Assembly: GCA_963663225.1 (NCBI GenBank)
Contig: OY760142.1
Coordinates: forward strand, 2,816,001 to 2,880,000
DNA: 64,000 nt
Reading direction: 5' to 3'
Source of the DNA: Nitrospirota bacterium
GTDB taxonomy: Bacteria > Nitrospirota > UBA9217
In this document: positions 53,647 through 63,303 of the stretch, piece by piece
How the letters are laid out: the number at the start of each line of letters is the position of its first letter
Position numbering within the stretch: position 1 is the first letter of the stretch
The notes under the pieces: generated by a model
Seen by the model: only the letters and a program-made list of their open reading frames with translations
Told to the model about the DNA's origin: nothing
The model's database searches: none
Program-made: the position numbers and the translations under genes

Positions 53647-56289
53647 TTATCCTTTTGCGTCTTTGATAATAGTATACAGCGCTTCAAGCGCGGCGTCCAG
53701 TTTTTCGGGGTCCTTTCCTCCAGACTGTGCCATATCGGGTTTTCCGCCGCCGGTTCCTCCGAGAATTGCCGCCATGTCCTTGATGATTTTTCCGGCGTGA
53801 TATCTTGTGGTAAGGTCTTTTGATACCATGACTATCAAACTTACTTTTCCATCTTTTGAAGAACCAAGCGCAAGAATTCCGGAACCAAGTTTATCTCTGA
53901 GTTTGTCGCCAAAATCCCGTAGTTCCTTCTGCTCCAGACCGTCTATGCGTTTGGCTAATGACTTTATGCCGTCAATTTCTACTGCTCCTGCAATCACGTC
54001 ATCCGCCTGAGACGACTGCATCTTGTGCTTCAACCGTTCCAGTTCTTTTTCGGCTTCCTTAAGTTGACTCACCAGTTTTTCAACACGGGTGGTAATGTCG
54101 GCATCCGACGCCTTGAGCAGGTGGGCGATTTCCTGAATATTTCTTTCTTCTTTTTTAATTTGGAGATAAGCCCGTCTGCCGGCCAAGGCCTCGATTCTGC
54201 GCACACCGGCAGCAACACCGGATTCAGAGATTATTTTAAACAAGCCAATGTCCCCGCTTGCATGTGTATGGGTCCCTCCACAAAGCTCTTTGCTGACATC
54301 CTGAACGCTAACGACACGAACTATATCGCCGTATTTTTCATCAAACAGGGCCATGGCGCCCGAAGCAACAGCATGTTCAATATTCATCACCGCTGTCTCA
54401 ACAGGATGGTTTTCAATAATGCGCTCATTTACCAATTCTTCTATTCGCTCTTTTTCACGTTCCGTGAGAGCGGCATAATGCGTAAAATCAAACCTCAAGC
54501 GGTCAGGCGTCACCAGTGAACCTGCCTGTTTTACATGATCTCCTAAAACCGATCGCAGAACTGCATGCAGAATATGGGTCACGGTATGATGCCTGGCCGT
54601 GTCCGCACGGTCAGCGGCTTCAACTTTTGCAAGTACCGCGTCGCCGATTTTGAACGTTCCTCTTTTGATCTTCCCTTTATGAACAATAATATTCTCTACC
54701 GGCTTTACTGTATCAGAAACCTCAAACTTGGCAGCCTCACCAAGAATTTCTCCCTTGTCGCCAACCTGACCGCCCGACGCGGCATAAAAAGGAGATTGAT
54801 TAAGAATGATTTCTACTTCTTCACCCTCCTGAGCAGACTGCGTCTTCGTAGTATCCTTAATTATTGCGATTACCTCCGCATTTTCTTCGAGGGTATCGTA
54901 ACCGAGGAATATTATTTTACCAATGCTGGCCGCAAGTTCTTTATATACAGGACTTACTTTTTCATCTCCCGTCCCGATCCAGGCAGCCCGCGCTTTTTCG
55001 CGCTGTTCTTGCATGGCCTGGCGATATCCTTCCTCGTCGAGCGTCATGTGCAAGTCACGAGCCATGTCTGCCACAAGGTCGAGGGGAAAGCCGAACGTAT
55101 CATACAATTTAAACAGTAAAGGACCGGGAATTACTTTTTTGTCAGAAGCCTTGAGTTCTTCGACGGTTTGATTCAAAAGAGCAAGGCCGGAATCCAGGGT
55201 TGTTGCAAAACGTTCCTCTTCGAGAAGGACCACTTTTGCGACATGCTCCCTGGAATCGACAAGTTCGGGATACGCTTGGCGCATCTCGTCAACGATGGTG
55301 CCGATCAGTTTATACAGAAATGATGTATTGATTCCGATCAGTTTTCCATAGCGGATAGCGCGGCGGATAATTCGCCGCAACACATATCCCCTGCCTTCGT
55401 TGGAGGGCAGAACGCCGTCGGAAATAAGAAAGGTCATAGAGCGCAAATGGTCGGCTATAACCTGGTACGAGATGTCAGCCTGTTCGTCTTTATGGTATGG
55501 CACGCCGGCAAGCGCCGCGATTTGTTTGATGATGGATTGGAATAAGTCCGTTTCAAAATTGCTGCGTACACCCTGTACAACGGCGGCAAGACGTTCGAGA
55601 CCCAAACCGGTATCAATGCTCGGTTTCGGAAGCGGGGTTAGTGTGCCGGCCGAGTCACGATTATACTGCATAAACACCAGGTTCCATATTTCAAGGTACC
55701 GGTCGCAGTCGCAACCCACAGCGCAATCGTGCTTTTTGCAACCGACTTCAGGACCCTGATCTATAATAATTTCTGAACAGGGACCGCATGGTCCTGTATC
55801 GCCCATTTGCCAGAAGTTGTCTTTCTCTCCAAGCCGTACAATCCGGTTTTCAGGAACTTTTGCCACGTCCTGCCAGAGCTGAAACGCTTCATCGTCATCT
55901 TTGTAAATTGTTACCCATAGTTTTTCTTTCGGGAGTCGGACGACTGTGGTAAGAAAATCCCACGCGTAGCCAATAGCATCTTTCTTAAAATAGTTGCCGA
56001 ACGAAAAATTGCCGAGCATTTCAAAGAAGGTATGGTGCCGCGCGGTATGGCCGACGTTTTCCAAGTCATTATGCTTGCCTCCGGCACGAACGCATTTTTG
56101 ACTTGTGGTTGCACGGTTATAATCGCGTATTTCTTCGCCGAGAAATACGCTCTTGAACTGCACCATACCGGCATTGGTGAAGAGAAGCGTAGGGTCATTT
56201 TTGGGAACGAGCGAGGAACTCGGCACCACCTTATGGCCGCGTTGCGCAAAGTAGTCTAAGAACATTTTCCGTAAATCGTTTGCTTTCAA
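53647..56289 (-). CDS. alaS: Alanine--tRNA ligase
   Basis: LLFTNAGM, HHTFFEMLGNFSF, DTGLGLER, ELCGGTH, GGGKPDMAQ; TTG start at 56289 with AGGAG SD. Confidence 0.98.
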   Translation of the reverse strand: MKANDLRKMFLDYFAQRGHKVVPSSSLVPKNDPTLLFTNAGMVQFKSVFLGEEIRDYNRATTSQKCVRAGGKHNDLENVGHTARHHTFFEMLGNFSFGNYFKKDAIGYAWDFLTTVVRLPKEKLWVTIYKDDDEAFQLWQDVAKVPENRIVRLGEKDNFWQMGDTGPCGPCSEIIIDQGPEVGCKKHDCAVGCDCDRYLEIWNLVFMQYNRDSAGTLTPLPKPSIDTGLGLERLAAVVQGVRSNFETDLFQSIIKQIAALAGVPYHKDEQADISYQVIADHLRSMTFLISDGVLPSNEGRGYVLRRIIRRAIRYGKLIGINTSFLYKLIGTIVDEMRQAYPELVDSREHVAKVVLLEEERFATTLDSGLALLNQTVEELKASDKKVIPGPLLFKLYDTFGFPLDLVADMARDLHMTLDEEGYRQAMQEQREKARAAWIGTGDEKVSPVYKELAASIGKIIFLGYDTLEENAEVIAIIKDTTKTQSAQEGEEVEIILNQSPFYAASGGQVGDKGEILGEAAKFEVSDTVKPVENIIVHKGKIKRGTFKIGDAVLAKVEAADRADTARHHTVTHILHAVLRSVLGDHVKQAGSLVTPDRLRFDFTHYAALTEREKERIEELVNERIIENHPVETAVMNIEHAVASGAMALFDEKYGDIVRVVSVQDVSKELCGGTHTHASGDIGLFKIISESGVAAGVRRIEALAGRRAYLQIKKEERNIQEIAHLLKASDADITTRVEKLVSQLKEAEKELERLKHKMQSSQADDVIAGAVEIDGIKSLAKRIDGLEQKELRDFGDKLRDKLGSGILALGSSKDGKVSLIVMVSKDLTTRYHAGKIIKDMAAILGGTGGGKPDMAQSGGKDPEKLDAALEALYTIIKDAKG

Positions 56290-56337
56290 GTTCAACTCCT
56301 TGAAAAATTGAGGTATACAAAAGACGATAGGCGTCTG

Positions 56338-56823
56338 TTAGTTAATTTTTCTCATAACCTCGGCAATAGTATCATAGGCGAATCCTTTCCGTTCGAGGAA
56401 TGCTGCTACTCGTCTGCGGGCGGACTCCCGGTCATGAATTTTTAGTGTATTCAGCTTTTTCCTTGCAGACCGCAATGCGGTCTGAAATTGTACTTCCGAC
56501 GAAAAAATCGCGGATGATGCATGGCTGATTATGTCAGCGCTGATTCCTTTTTGTTTCAGCTCCTGCCGTATTCTCCGCTCACCGAATCCTTGTAATCGGA
56601 GTCTCGAAGAAGACCATTGGAGCGCAAAAGCTTCGTCATCGATATATCCAAGTCGTATCAAATCATTGATGACGGTACAAATAACTGCCGGGTTAAATTT
56701 TTTTTCGTACAGTTTTGTTTCCAGTTCCTTACAGCTCCGTGCGCGAAAAGCAAGAAGACGATACGCAGTATTTTTAGCTCTCTGCAATTCCTTTTGGCTG
56801 TCTACGGTTTCTTCTGCTTTCAT
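56338..56823 (-). CDS. recX: Regulatory protein RecX
   Basis: LLAFRARS..EL, GYIDD..FA, G..RIRQELKQKGI, LERKGF. Confidence 0.92.
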   Translation of the reverse strand: MKAEETVDSQKELQRAKNTAYRLLAFRARSCKELETKLYEKKFNPAVICTVINDLIRLGYIDDEAFALQWSSSRLRLQGFGERRIRQELKQKGISADIISHASSAIFSSEVQFQTALRSARKKLNTLKIHDRESARRRVAAFLERKGFAYDTIAEVMRKIN

Positions 56824-56837
56824 TCGGCATCAGTTTA

Positions 56838-58085
56838 CTATTTATCGCCAAAACGATCTATTTTGAATTCACTGTCGGTTGAGGGCGTTTTATATTCTTT
56901 CGCTTCTTCCTGCTGCGGCGAGGGTTTGGGTGCAAAACCGGAAGACTGAGCACTACTGCCCGCTTTCCCTGTCGTTTTTCTGCGTTCATCCTCTTCCATG
57001 ACAAGATCACTGGTTGACTGGACGCCTTTTACTTTCAAGGCAAAGTCATCGGGATTGCTTGCCGTCAGTATCGCTTCTTCGTACGTGATCAGGCCTTTTT
57101 TATAAAGCATCAGGAGCGATTGATCGAAGGTCTGCATTCCATAATGAAGATGGCCTGAGCCGATGATCGTCGGGATCTGGCGTGTTTTTGCATCATCGAT
57201 GATTGCTTCTCGAACGGAAAGCGTCCCGAGCATGACCTCGACTGCCGGCACGCGGCCCTTACCGTCGGCTCTTGCAACAAGTCGTTGTGAGACAATGGCC
57301 CTGATGACGGACGCCAGCTGCATTCTCACCTGTTTCTGCTGATACGGCGGGAACACGGTGATAATACGATTGATTGTTTCTGCCGCATCGAGGGTATGGA
57401 GCGTGGAAAGCACCAAGTGGCCGGTTTCCGCAGCAGTCAGGGCGGTTGAGATGGTTTCGAAATCGCGCATTTCTCCGACAAGAATAACGTCCGGGTCCTG
57501 CCGCAGCGCGCTCCGCAAGGCATCGCTGAAGCTGAAGGTATCGGAACCGATTTCACGCTGGTTGACAATGCTTTTTTTGTCTCGATGGAGAAATTCTATG
57601 GGGTCTTCAATCGTTACAATATTGGCGGTTCGGGTGGTGTTTATATAGTCGATCATTGCCGCCAGGGTAGTTGACTTTCCGCTTCCCGTTGTTCCGGTCA
57701 CCAGAATAAGTCCACGCTGTTCACTAGCCGCTTTTTGAAGGACACCGGGCAGCATAAGGTCTTCAAAACCCAATATCTTTGCAGGAACCTGGCGAAATAC
57801 CATGCCGACACTGCCTCGTTGCTGGAAAACGTTCACCCGGAACCTGCCCAAACCAGGCACTGCATACGCCATATCAAGCTCATTCTTCTCTTTGAACTTG
57901 GCTTTCTGCACCGGGTTCATGATTCCCATTGCAACGGTAAGCACATCTTCCTGGGTGGTGCGCTTTTCAGTGTCAAGCGGCGTAAGTCTTCCGTCTATTC
58001 TCAGAACGGGAGGAACACCAACCTTAAGGTGCAGATCTGAGGCGCGTTTTTCAAATGTTATTTTAAGAAGTTCATTCAGGTTCAT
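56838..58085 (-). CDS. pilT: Type IV pilus retraction ATPase (PilT/PilU family)
   Basis: ASDLHL, GTTGSGKSTT, TIEDPIE, ALRQDPD, GHLVLSTLHT, GMQTFDQ. Confidence 0.93.
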   Translation of the reverse strand: MNLNELLKITFEKRASDLHLKVGVPPVLRIDGRLTPLDTEKRTTQEDVLTVAMGIMNPVQKAKFKEKNELDMAYAVPGLGRFRVNVFQQRGSVGMVFRQVPAKILGFEDLMLPGVLQKAASEQRGLILVTGTTGSGKSTTLAAMIDYINTTRTANIVTIEDPIEFLHRDKKSIVNQREIGSDTFSFSDALRSALRQDPDVILVGEMRDFETISTALTAAETGHLVLSTLHTLDAAETINRIITVFPPYQQKQVRMQLASVIRAIVSQRLVARADGKGRVPAVEVMLGTLSVREAIIDDAKTRQIPTIIGSGHLHYGMQTFDQSLLMLYKKGLITYEEAILTASNPDDFALKVKGVQSTSDLVMEEDERRKTTGKAGSSAQSSGFAPKPSPQQEEAKEYKTPSTDSEFKIDRFGDK

Positions 58086-59192
58086 TTAAGCCTCCACGTG
58101 TTTATCGGCCTTTTGCCCTTTTACCGTCTTAGATGCCGTACCCGGAGAGTTCACATCAGATGCAGGCTCTTTTTCTGCTGGTGGTATATTATTTCCTGCA
58201 GGCAGACCGGCAGACTGGCGCACCTTCAGTTCAATTTCCGCAGACATATCCGGATGTTCTCGAAGGAATTGTTTGACGTTTTCGCGTCCTTGACCGATTC
58301 TCGTTCCTGCATATGAGAACCACGCACCGCTTTTCTCCACAATGTTCTTCTCGACACCCATATCGATGATTTCACCAAGTTTTGAAATCCCTTCGTTGAA
58401 CATTATATCAAATTCAGCCGCGCGAAACGGCGGGGCGATTTTGTTTTTTACCACTTTGACTTTTACTCTGCCGCCGGTAACATCGTCCCCTTCCTTAATG
58501 GCAGATATCTTGCGTATATCCAGCCTGATGGATGAGTAAAATTTAAGCGCGTTTCCACCCGTTGTGGTTTCCGGATTGCCGAACATGACCCCGATCTTCA
58601 TACGGATCTGGTTGATAAAAATGAGCGTTGTGTTTGATTTGCTGATGGCCCCGGTAAGTTTCCGGAGTGCCTGGCTCATGAGGCGCGCCTGGAGCCCCAT
58701 ATGCGCATCACCCATCTCCCCTTCTATTTCGGCCCGTGGGGTAAGCGCGGCAACGGAGTCGACAATGATAACATCAATTGCGCCGCTGCGCACAAGGGTT
58801 TCCGTTATCTCAAGAGCCTGTTCCCCGGTATCAGGTTGGGAGATAAGAAGATCATCGGTCCGGACACCAAGCTTCCGTGCATATATCACATCTAGTGCGT
58901 GTTCCGCATCAATGAATGCTGCTTGACCGCCGGCTTTTTGCGCTTCTGCAATAATGTGAAGCGCCAGTGTGGTTTTCCCGGAAGATTCCGGCCCGTAAAT
59001 TTCAATAATCCTTCCACGAGGTACTCCACCGACACCCAAAGCGATATCCAAACCGAGCGAACCGCTGGAAATGGCGGGAATTCCCGCGGGAACATCTTCT
59101 TTGCCCAAACGCATGATGGAACCTTTGCCGAATTGTTTTTCGATCTGCCCCACTGCCAATTCCAATGCTTTTAACTTTTCCTTATCAGCCAT
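58086..59192 (-). CDS. recA: Recombinase A
   Basis: [41 protein letters not shown]. Confidence 0.99.
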   Translation of the reverse strand: MADKEKLKALELAVGQIEKQFGKGSIMRLGKEDVPAGIPAISSGSLGLDIALGVGGVPRGRIIEIYGPESSGKTTLALHIIAEAQKAGGQAAFIDAEHALDVIYARKLGVRTDDLLISQPDTGEQALEITETLVRSGAIDVIIVDSVAALTPRAEIEGEMGDAHMGLQARLMSQALRKLTGAISKSNTTLIFINQIRMKIGVMFGNPETTTGGNALKFYSSIRLDIRKISAIKEGDDVTGGRVKVKVVKNKIAPPFRAAEFDIMFNEGISKLGEIIDMGVEKNIVEKSGAWFSYAGTRIGQGRENVKQFLREHPDMSAEIELKVRQSAGLPAGNNIPPAEKEPASDVNSPGTASKTVKGQKADKHVEA

Positions 59193-59261
59193 ACTTCATC
59201 TCCTTTCGCCGCCGCGCGGCTGTCCAGTATATGCAGAGCTCCGTAATTCTCTTTGTAACAA

Positions 59262-59819
59262 CTAGGTCAATGCCACATTGACGATTTCCGTATAGACGGC
59301 ACCTGAAGGTCTGAGATCGCTTTTCATCAAGCTTACGGCTTGAACAGAGAAATCGGGTAATTTTATATCTTTAATGCGGTTGAATTCCGAAAGCAATTCA
59401 TCCCGTGAACGCACGTTTTTTATTCGTCCAAGTGTAAGATGAGGGATAAACGGCCGGTTCTCGCGTTTAAATCCGACTTCTTCCATTGCTGATTCTATAG
59501 ATGATTGCAGCTTTAAAAGTCTCTCTGTTTCTCCGGATATGCCGATCCAGGCAACACGTGCATTTTTAAGATTCGGGAATACTCCTGCGCCGGCAACAGA
59601 GAGCCGAAATGCCGGCATGTTTTTAATCAAGCTGGCAAGGGCTGTCATAATTTCCGGCACTTTAGGCTGCGCCACTTCTCCAAGGAATTTCAGCGTCAAA
59701 TGAATGCCTTCGGGTCTTGTCCAGCCGGCCTCCACGCCCGAATATTTGAGATTGCTCTGGATCTCGGCTATGTCCTTTTTGATCTCTTCCGGTATTTCTA
59801 TAGCGATAAAAAGCCGCAT
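59262..59819 (-). CDS. thpR: RNA 2',3'-cyclic phosphodiesterase (2H family)
   Basis: MRLFIAI, two HxT motifs (HLTLKFLG, PHLTLGR). Confidence 0.93.
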   Translation of the reverse strand: MRLFIAIEIPEEIKKDIAEIQSNLKYSGVEAGWTRPEGIHLTLKFLGEVAQPKVPEIMTALASLIKNMPAFRLSVAGAGVFPNLKNARVAWIGISGETERLLKLQSSIESAMEEVGFKRENRPFIPHLTLGRIKNVRSRDELLSEFNRIKDIKLPDFSVQAVSLMKSDLRPSGAVYTEIVNVALT

Positions 59820-59855
59820 ATTGGTTTTGAATTCCGGGCTTGCTGAAAATCGGAA

Positions 59856-61091
59856 TCATCCGATAAGATATTTTCTCACCATATCCAATGCCATTTGCGA
59901 AGCGCGCATTCTGACCTGTTCTCTGTTTCCGAGAAAACGTTGTTCTGCCGTTTTTACACCGTGGGGAAATGCAAGAGCGGCATACACAAGGCCCGCAGGT
60001 TTTTTTTCGGTTCCGCCGTCCGGACCTGCGATGCCCGTGACGGACAGCCCCAGATCCGTATGTGCCGCATCACGGATGCCTTTTGCCATGGCAGCAGCCA
60101 CTTCTGCGCTTACCGCGCCGTATCGTTCAATCAATTCCATCGGAACGCCGAGCATTTCGGTTTTTGAACTATTGCTGTAAACAACGGCAGCCCGGTCAAA
60201 ATATTCAGAACTTCCCGCAATATTGGTAATCCGCCTGCTGATCAAGCCTGCGGTACAGGATTCAGCCACCGCAAGCTTCAGTCTGCGTTGCTTTAAAAGC
60301 GCTCCGACGATTTCTTCCATTTCCATACCGTCCACGCCATAGACTACGTCTCCGAGTTGTTCCCTGATAGCGGATTCGGTTTTATCAATCATCGTCTGCA
60401 CCTGTTCAATACTGGTCCCGCGCGCGATAATGCGAATGTCCACCCCTGTTGCTCGGGCCGATAAACCTACGGTCGGTTGATCGAGACGCAGAATGTTCTC
60501 GATAGCTTGATTTATTGCAGATTCGAACATGCCGCAGGTGCGAAGAATCCGACGACGAATAACCAGCCTGCTCCCAAATCGCTCCTGCAGAACCGGCTTG
60601 AGTTCTTCGTTGAACATTGTCTGCATTTCAAGGGGGACACCCGGAAGAACTGCTATGAAAGCCCCTTCTTCATCGATCAAAAAACCAGGGGCAGTTCCCG
60701 TGGAATTCGGAATGAGTTTTGCCCCGGCGGGGATCAACGCCTGGCGATCATTCGTACTCGGATATTCCCTTCCTCTTTTGGCAAAGCGCGAACGAATATC
60801 CCGGAGTGCGTCTTCATTTAAAACAAGGCGTTTCTTGGTAATCTTTGAAACTACTTTACGCGTAATGTCATCTTCAGTAGGCCCCAGTCCGCCAGTAATG
60901 ATTACCGCGTCCGTACGGCCCAAAGCCATTCGCAGAGCTTCTTCCATATCCTTTTCACTGTCACCTACGATTGTTTTGAAGGCAGTTTCAAGGCCCAAGA
61001 GTATCAATTCTTCTGACAGGTAAACAGAGTTGGTTTCTTGAATACCGCCGGACAGCAGTTCCGTTCCTGTGGCTATGATTTCAGCGCGCAT
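59856..61091 (-). CDS. cinA: Competence/damage-inducible protein CinA (MoeA-like + PncC NMN deamidase)
   Basis: GGLGPTEDD, GTAPG, AESCTAG, GAVS..VA.AMA.G, TGIAGP. Confidence 0.95.
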   Translation of the reverse strand: MRAEIIATGTELLSGGIQETNSVYLSEELILLGLETAFKTIVGDSEKDMEEALRMALGRTDAVIITGGLGPTEDDITRKVVSKITKKRLVLNEDALRDIRSRFAKRGREYPSTNDRQALIPAGAKLIPNSTGTAPGFLIDEEGAFIAVLPGVPLEMQTMFNEELKPVLQERFGSRLVIRRRILRTCGMFESAINQAIENILRLDQPTVGLSARATGVDIRIIARGTSIEQVQTMIDKTESAIREQLGDVVYGVDGMEMEEIVGALLKQRRLKLAVAESCTAGLISRRITNIAGSSEYFDRAAVVYSNSSKTEMLGVPMELIERYGAVSAEVAAAMAKGIRDAAHTDLGLSVTGIAGPDGGTEKKPAGLVYAALAFPHGVKTAEQRFLGNREQVRMRASQMALDMVRKYLIG

Positions 61092-61134
61092 ACCGTAGTC
61101 CCATTTTGATTGCTATTCATTTTTCGCTCTGTTT

Positions 61135-61608
61135 TTAGTGTTTTTGCAGTATCAATAGTGCAATCTGCAAAATAATATTTGTATAGACACCTGCACCGAT
61201 ATCATCAAGCACTACTCCTACACCCCCGTGAACATCTTGAACCCGCTTCAGCGGCCATGGTTTGATAATATCGAACAAACGAAACAAAAGAAAACCGGCG
61301 ATTATAAAATCCCAGGTAGCCGGTATCATCGTCATGGAGATGAGATAACCGGCGATCTCATCTATCACAATTGACGGTGCGTCTTTTTTCCCCAGCAGCT
61401 TTTCGGCATTGCCTGCCGACCATATTCCAACAACTGTCACCATGAGGCAAACGATAAGATACCAGGGGATCGGAAGCGTATGAAAAATATAATATAAAAA
61501 AACGCCTACAACCGTACCTGCCGTACCAGGCGCCACGGGAACTTTTCCGGCATATCCACCTTCAGCAATCAGCAGGATAAGTTTTGTTTTTAACGACCGC
61601 ATCTTCAT
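61135..61608 (-). CDS. pgpA: Phosphatidylglycerophosphatase A
   Basis: APGTAGT, IVIDEIAG, LFRLFDIIKPWP, GVVLDD. Confidence 0.94.
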   Translation of the reverse strand: MKMRSLKTKLILLIAEGGYAGKVPVAPGTAGTVVGVFLYYIFHTLPIPWYLIVCLMVTVVGIWSAGNAEKLLGKKDAPSIVIDEIAGYLISMTMIPATWDFIIAGFLLFRLFDIIKPWPLKRVQDVHGGVGVVLDDIGAGVYTNIILQIALLILQKH

Positions 61609-61623
61609 ATTTTAAATAATTGT

Positions 61624-61655
61624 GTATTGTATCATTGCAATACGATACGAGTCAA
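61624..61655 (-). promoter_or_regulatory. Putative sigma70 promoter of pgpA-cinA-thpR-recA
   Basis: TTGACT-18-TACAAT with extended TGn; overlapped by the dyad GTATTG-N8-CAATAC. Confidence 0.55.
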
Positions 61656-61701
61656 CGAAATAAGAGCCGACGAGAGGCTGTCTGGAAGCTAACCAAGAGA
61701 T

Positions 61702-62262
61702 TTATAATGCTTCATATACCCATATATTTCCATCATTTCCTGCTTCTTCCAAACGTTTTACGAGCCGTTTTTTTGAAAGGTTTAACAGCCGGGTGCCGCT
61801 CGTATTTGCCTCCAGTTTCTTTGCACGCGAAAGATCTTTCGAAGTGACTCTTTTTTTTGCTACTATGAATTCCAAGGTGTCTTTCAGATAATTGTTAAGA
61901 CTGCCCAAAACAATTCGTCGACCGGTTTTCAGCTCTGCTATAATTGATAAATTTTTGCGTTCAAGAGCCACTTCAATATTTTCCTTCTGGTTTTCGTTCA
62001 TTCCTGAAAGAAGAATATACTTGTCCCCATATTCACCACTGAGCAATCGGGAGATAAGCTTTGCCACAATTTCGTCGGCACAGGAATAATCAATGATGCC
62101 GATTTTGTCGAACGCAAGCGCAATGACCGATCCTGCCGTTTCCCCTGTCAGGTCACGTTCAATCCGTTCGCGAATTGCCTGGCCAGACGGCCTTGTTACG
62201 AGGTCTTTGGAATTATTCTTGAGTTCTTCCGTTATAAGCTTATAAAGGTCATATCTGATCAT
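61702..62262 (-). CDS. STAS-like (DUF4325-type) domain fused to a C-terminal winged helix; putative phosphorylation-controlled repressor
   Basis: TR..G..IR, VIALAF..IGIIDYSCADE (candidate phospho-Ser60), then VTSKDLS...LEANTSGTRLLNLSKKRLVKR...G..WVY wHTH pattern. Confidence 0.65.
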   Translation of the reverse strand: MIRYDLYKLITEELKNNSKDLVTRPSGQAIRERIERDLTGETAGSVIALAFDKIGIIDYSCADEIVAKLISRLLSGEYGDKYILLSGMNENQKENIEVALERKNLSIIAELKTGRRIVLGSLNNYLKDTLEFIVAKKRVTSKDLSRAKKLEANTSGTRLLNLSKKRLVKRLEEAGNDGNIWVYEAL

Positions 62263-62289
62263 GGATAAGGGTGAAGTTATATACAGAGC

Positions 62290-62332
62290 AGTAAAATATG
62301 GTTCAATTGAATCAATTGAACCATATTTTACT
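62290..62332. repeat. Perfect 43-bp palindrome (21-bp arms, 1-nt centre); candidate operator
   Basis: AGTAAAATATGGTTCAATTGA-A-TCAATTGAACCATATTTTACT, checked base by base. Confidence 0.95.
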
Positions 62333-62343
62333 TATATTGTCAA
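62315..62343 (-). promoter_or_regulatory. Putative sigma70 promoter of the STAS-wHTH gene
   Basis: TTGACA-17-TTCAAT with TGn extension; the -10 lies inside the palindrome. Confidence 0.6.
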
Positions 62344-62403
62344 GAGAAAAGAATGAACATGGTAAAGTGGATTTAACGGTTTGGCTGTTTAAATCAAAAC
62401 TTT

Positions 62404-63270
62404 TTAATTTTTCAATTTTGATCTTAGATTAAACTCTGGAAGAATAATGTTAATCTGGCTGCCGGGGAAAAAAGCGAAACCGCGTTCCGAATCTCTGGCG
62501 TGGATCCATTCAGGCAATATCGCACGTTTTGCGGTACCGGAACGAATCGAGAGACAGCCATCCCATTGTTTGATAAAACGCAGGACTGCAGGAAGCCCCT
62601 GCCCTCTCCCTGTATCTTCATACCGGGAGCCGCCTTGCAGGAGCGCTTTATCAATCGCTTCTAAATCGCCGCTCAGTTTGAATCTGCTTGAAAGGGACTT
62701 CCGAAAACCGATTCCGACATCCATAACTGCAATTTTTACGATATTCTTATTCAGGTGATGGTAGCGGTATTTCTGGATGCCCACAAAACCCTTGTTTTCG
62801 CTGTGTTCGATAATATTCTGGCATATTTCTGACAGGGCAACGATAAAACCGTCGATTGTACGCTCGTCATAATATAAATGCCGTTCAAGAATGGCCTGGG
62901 CACGTTCGCGCACTTTTCCGACGATAGAATGAATGTCGTTCGTCTTTTCGATTGGGGTGATTTCGAGCAACACATCGGAATCCGTGGTGTGTTGATACGC
63001 ACTGGTGAGGTTGAAAGAGGAATCTGCAAAGCTAAAATATCTGCGCGCAAAAGTGAAAAAATTCATACGTTCAAGATACAGGCAGACCTCCCGGGATTTT
63101 GGGAGGATCACGGTTTTCCTCACATCTTCGAGCATGCAGAGCTCCCCGATTTCGAGAAGCCCAAGCATGCCGAATGGGTCGATGAAGGAAATATCGCTCA
63201 GGTCAATCTGTTCAGAACGAATAAAAAAGCGGAGTACTTGCTCAAAGGTCTCTTCGGTGATTTGCTTCAT
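62404..63270 (-). CDS. Anti-sigma-factor-like GHKL Ser kinase with an N-terminal STAS-like domain
   Basis: N box LSEICQNIIEHS, G1 DVGIGF, G2 GRGQGL, terminal FPGSQINI; N-terminal IDLSDISFIDPFG; no obvious His-phosphoacceptor helix or TM segment. Confidence 0.75.
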   Translation of the reverse strand: MKQITEETFEQVLRFFIRSEQIDLSDISFIDPFGMLGLLEIGELCMLEDVRKTVILPKSREVCLYLERMNFFTFARRYFSFADSSFNLTSAYQHTTDSDVLLEITPIEKTNDIHSIVGKVRERAQAILERHLYYDERTIDGFIVALSEICQNIIEHSENKGFVGIQKYRYHHLNKNIVKIAVMDVGIGFRKSLSSRFKLSGDLEAIDKALLQGGSRYEDTGRGQGLPAVLRFIKQWDGCLSIRSGTAKRAILPEWIHARDSERGFAFFPGSQINIILPEFNLRSKLKN

Positions 63271-63303
63271 AAAAGTCGAAGGGAAGTTGCAGACCTGGGA
63301 TTT

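Noticed and set aside
59220-59236. CTG...CAG upstream of recA as an E. coli-type SOS box
   Set aside because: The spacer is 11 nt rather than 10
62404-63270. Classical two-component sensor histidine kinase
   Set aside because: No TM or sensor region, no clear HisKA box and no response regulator nearby; the neighbour is STAS-like
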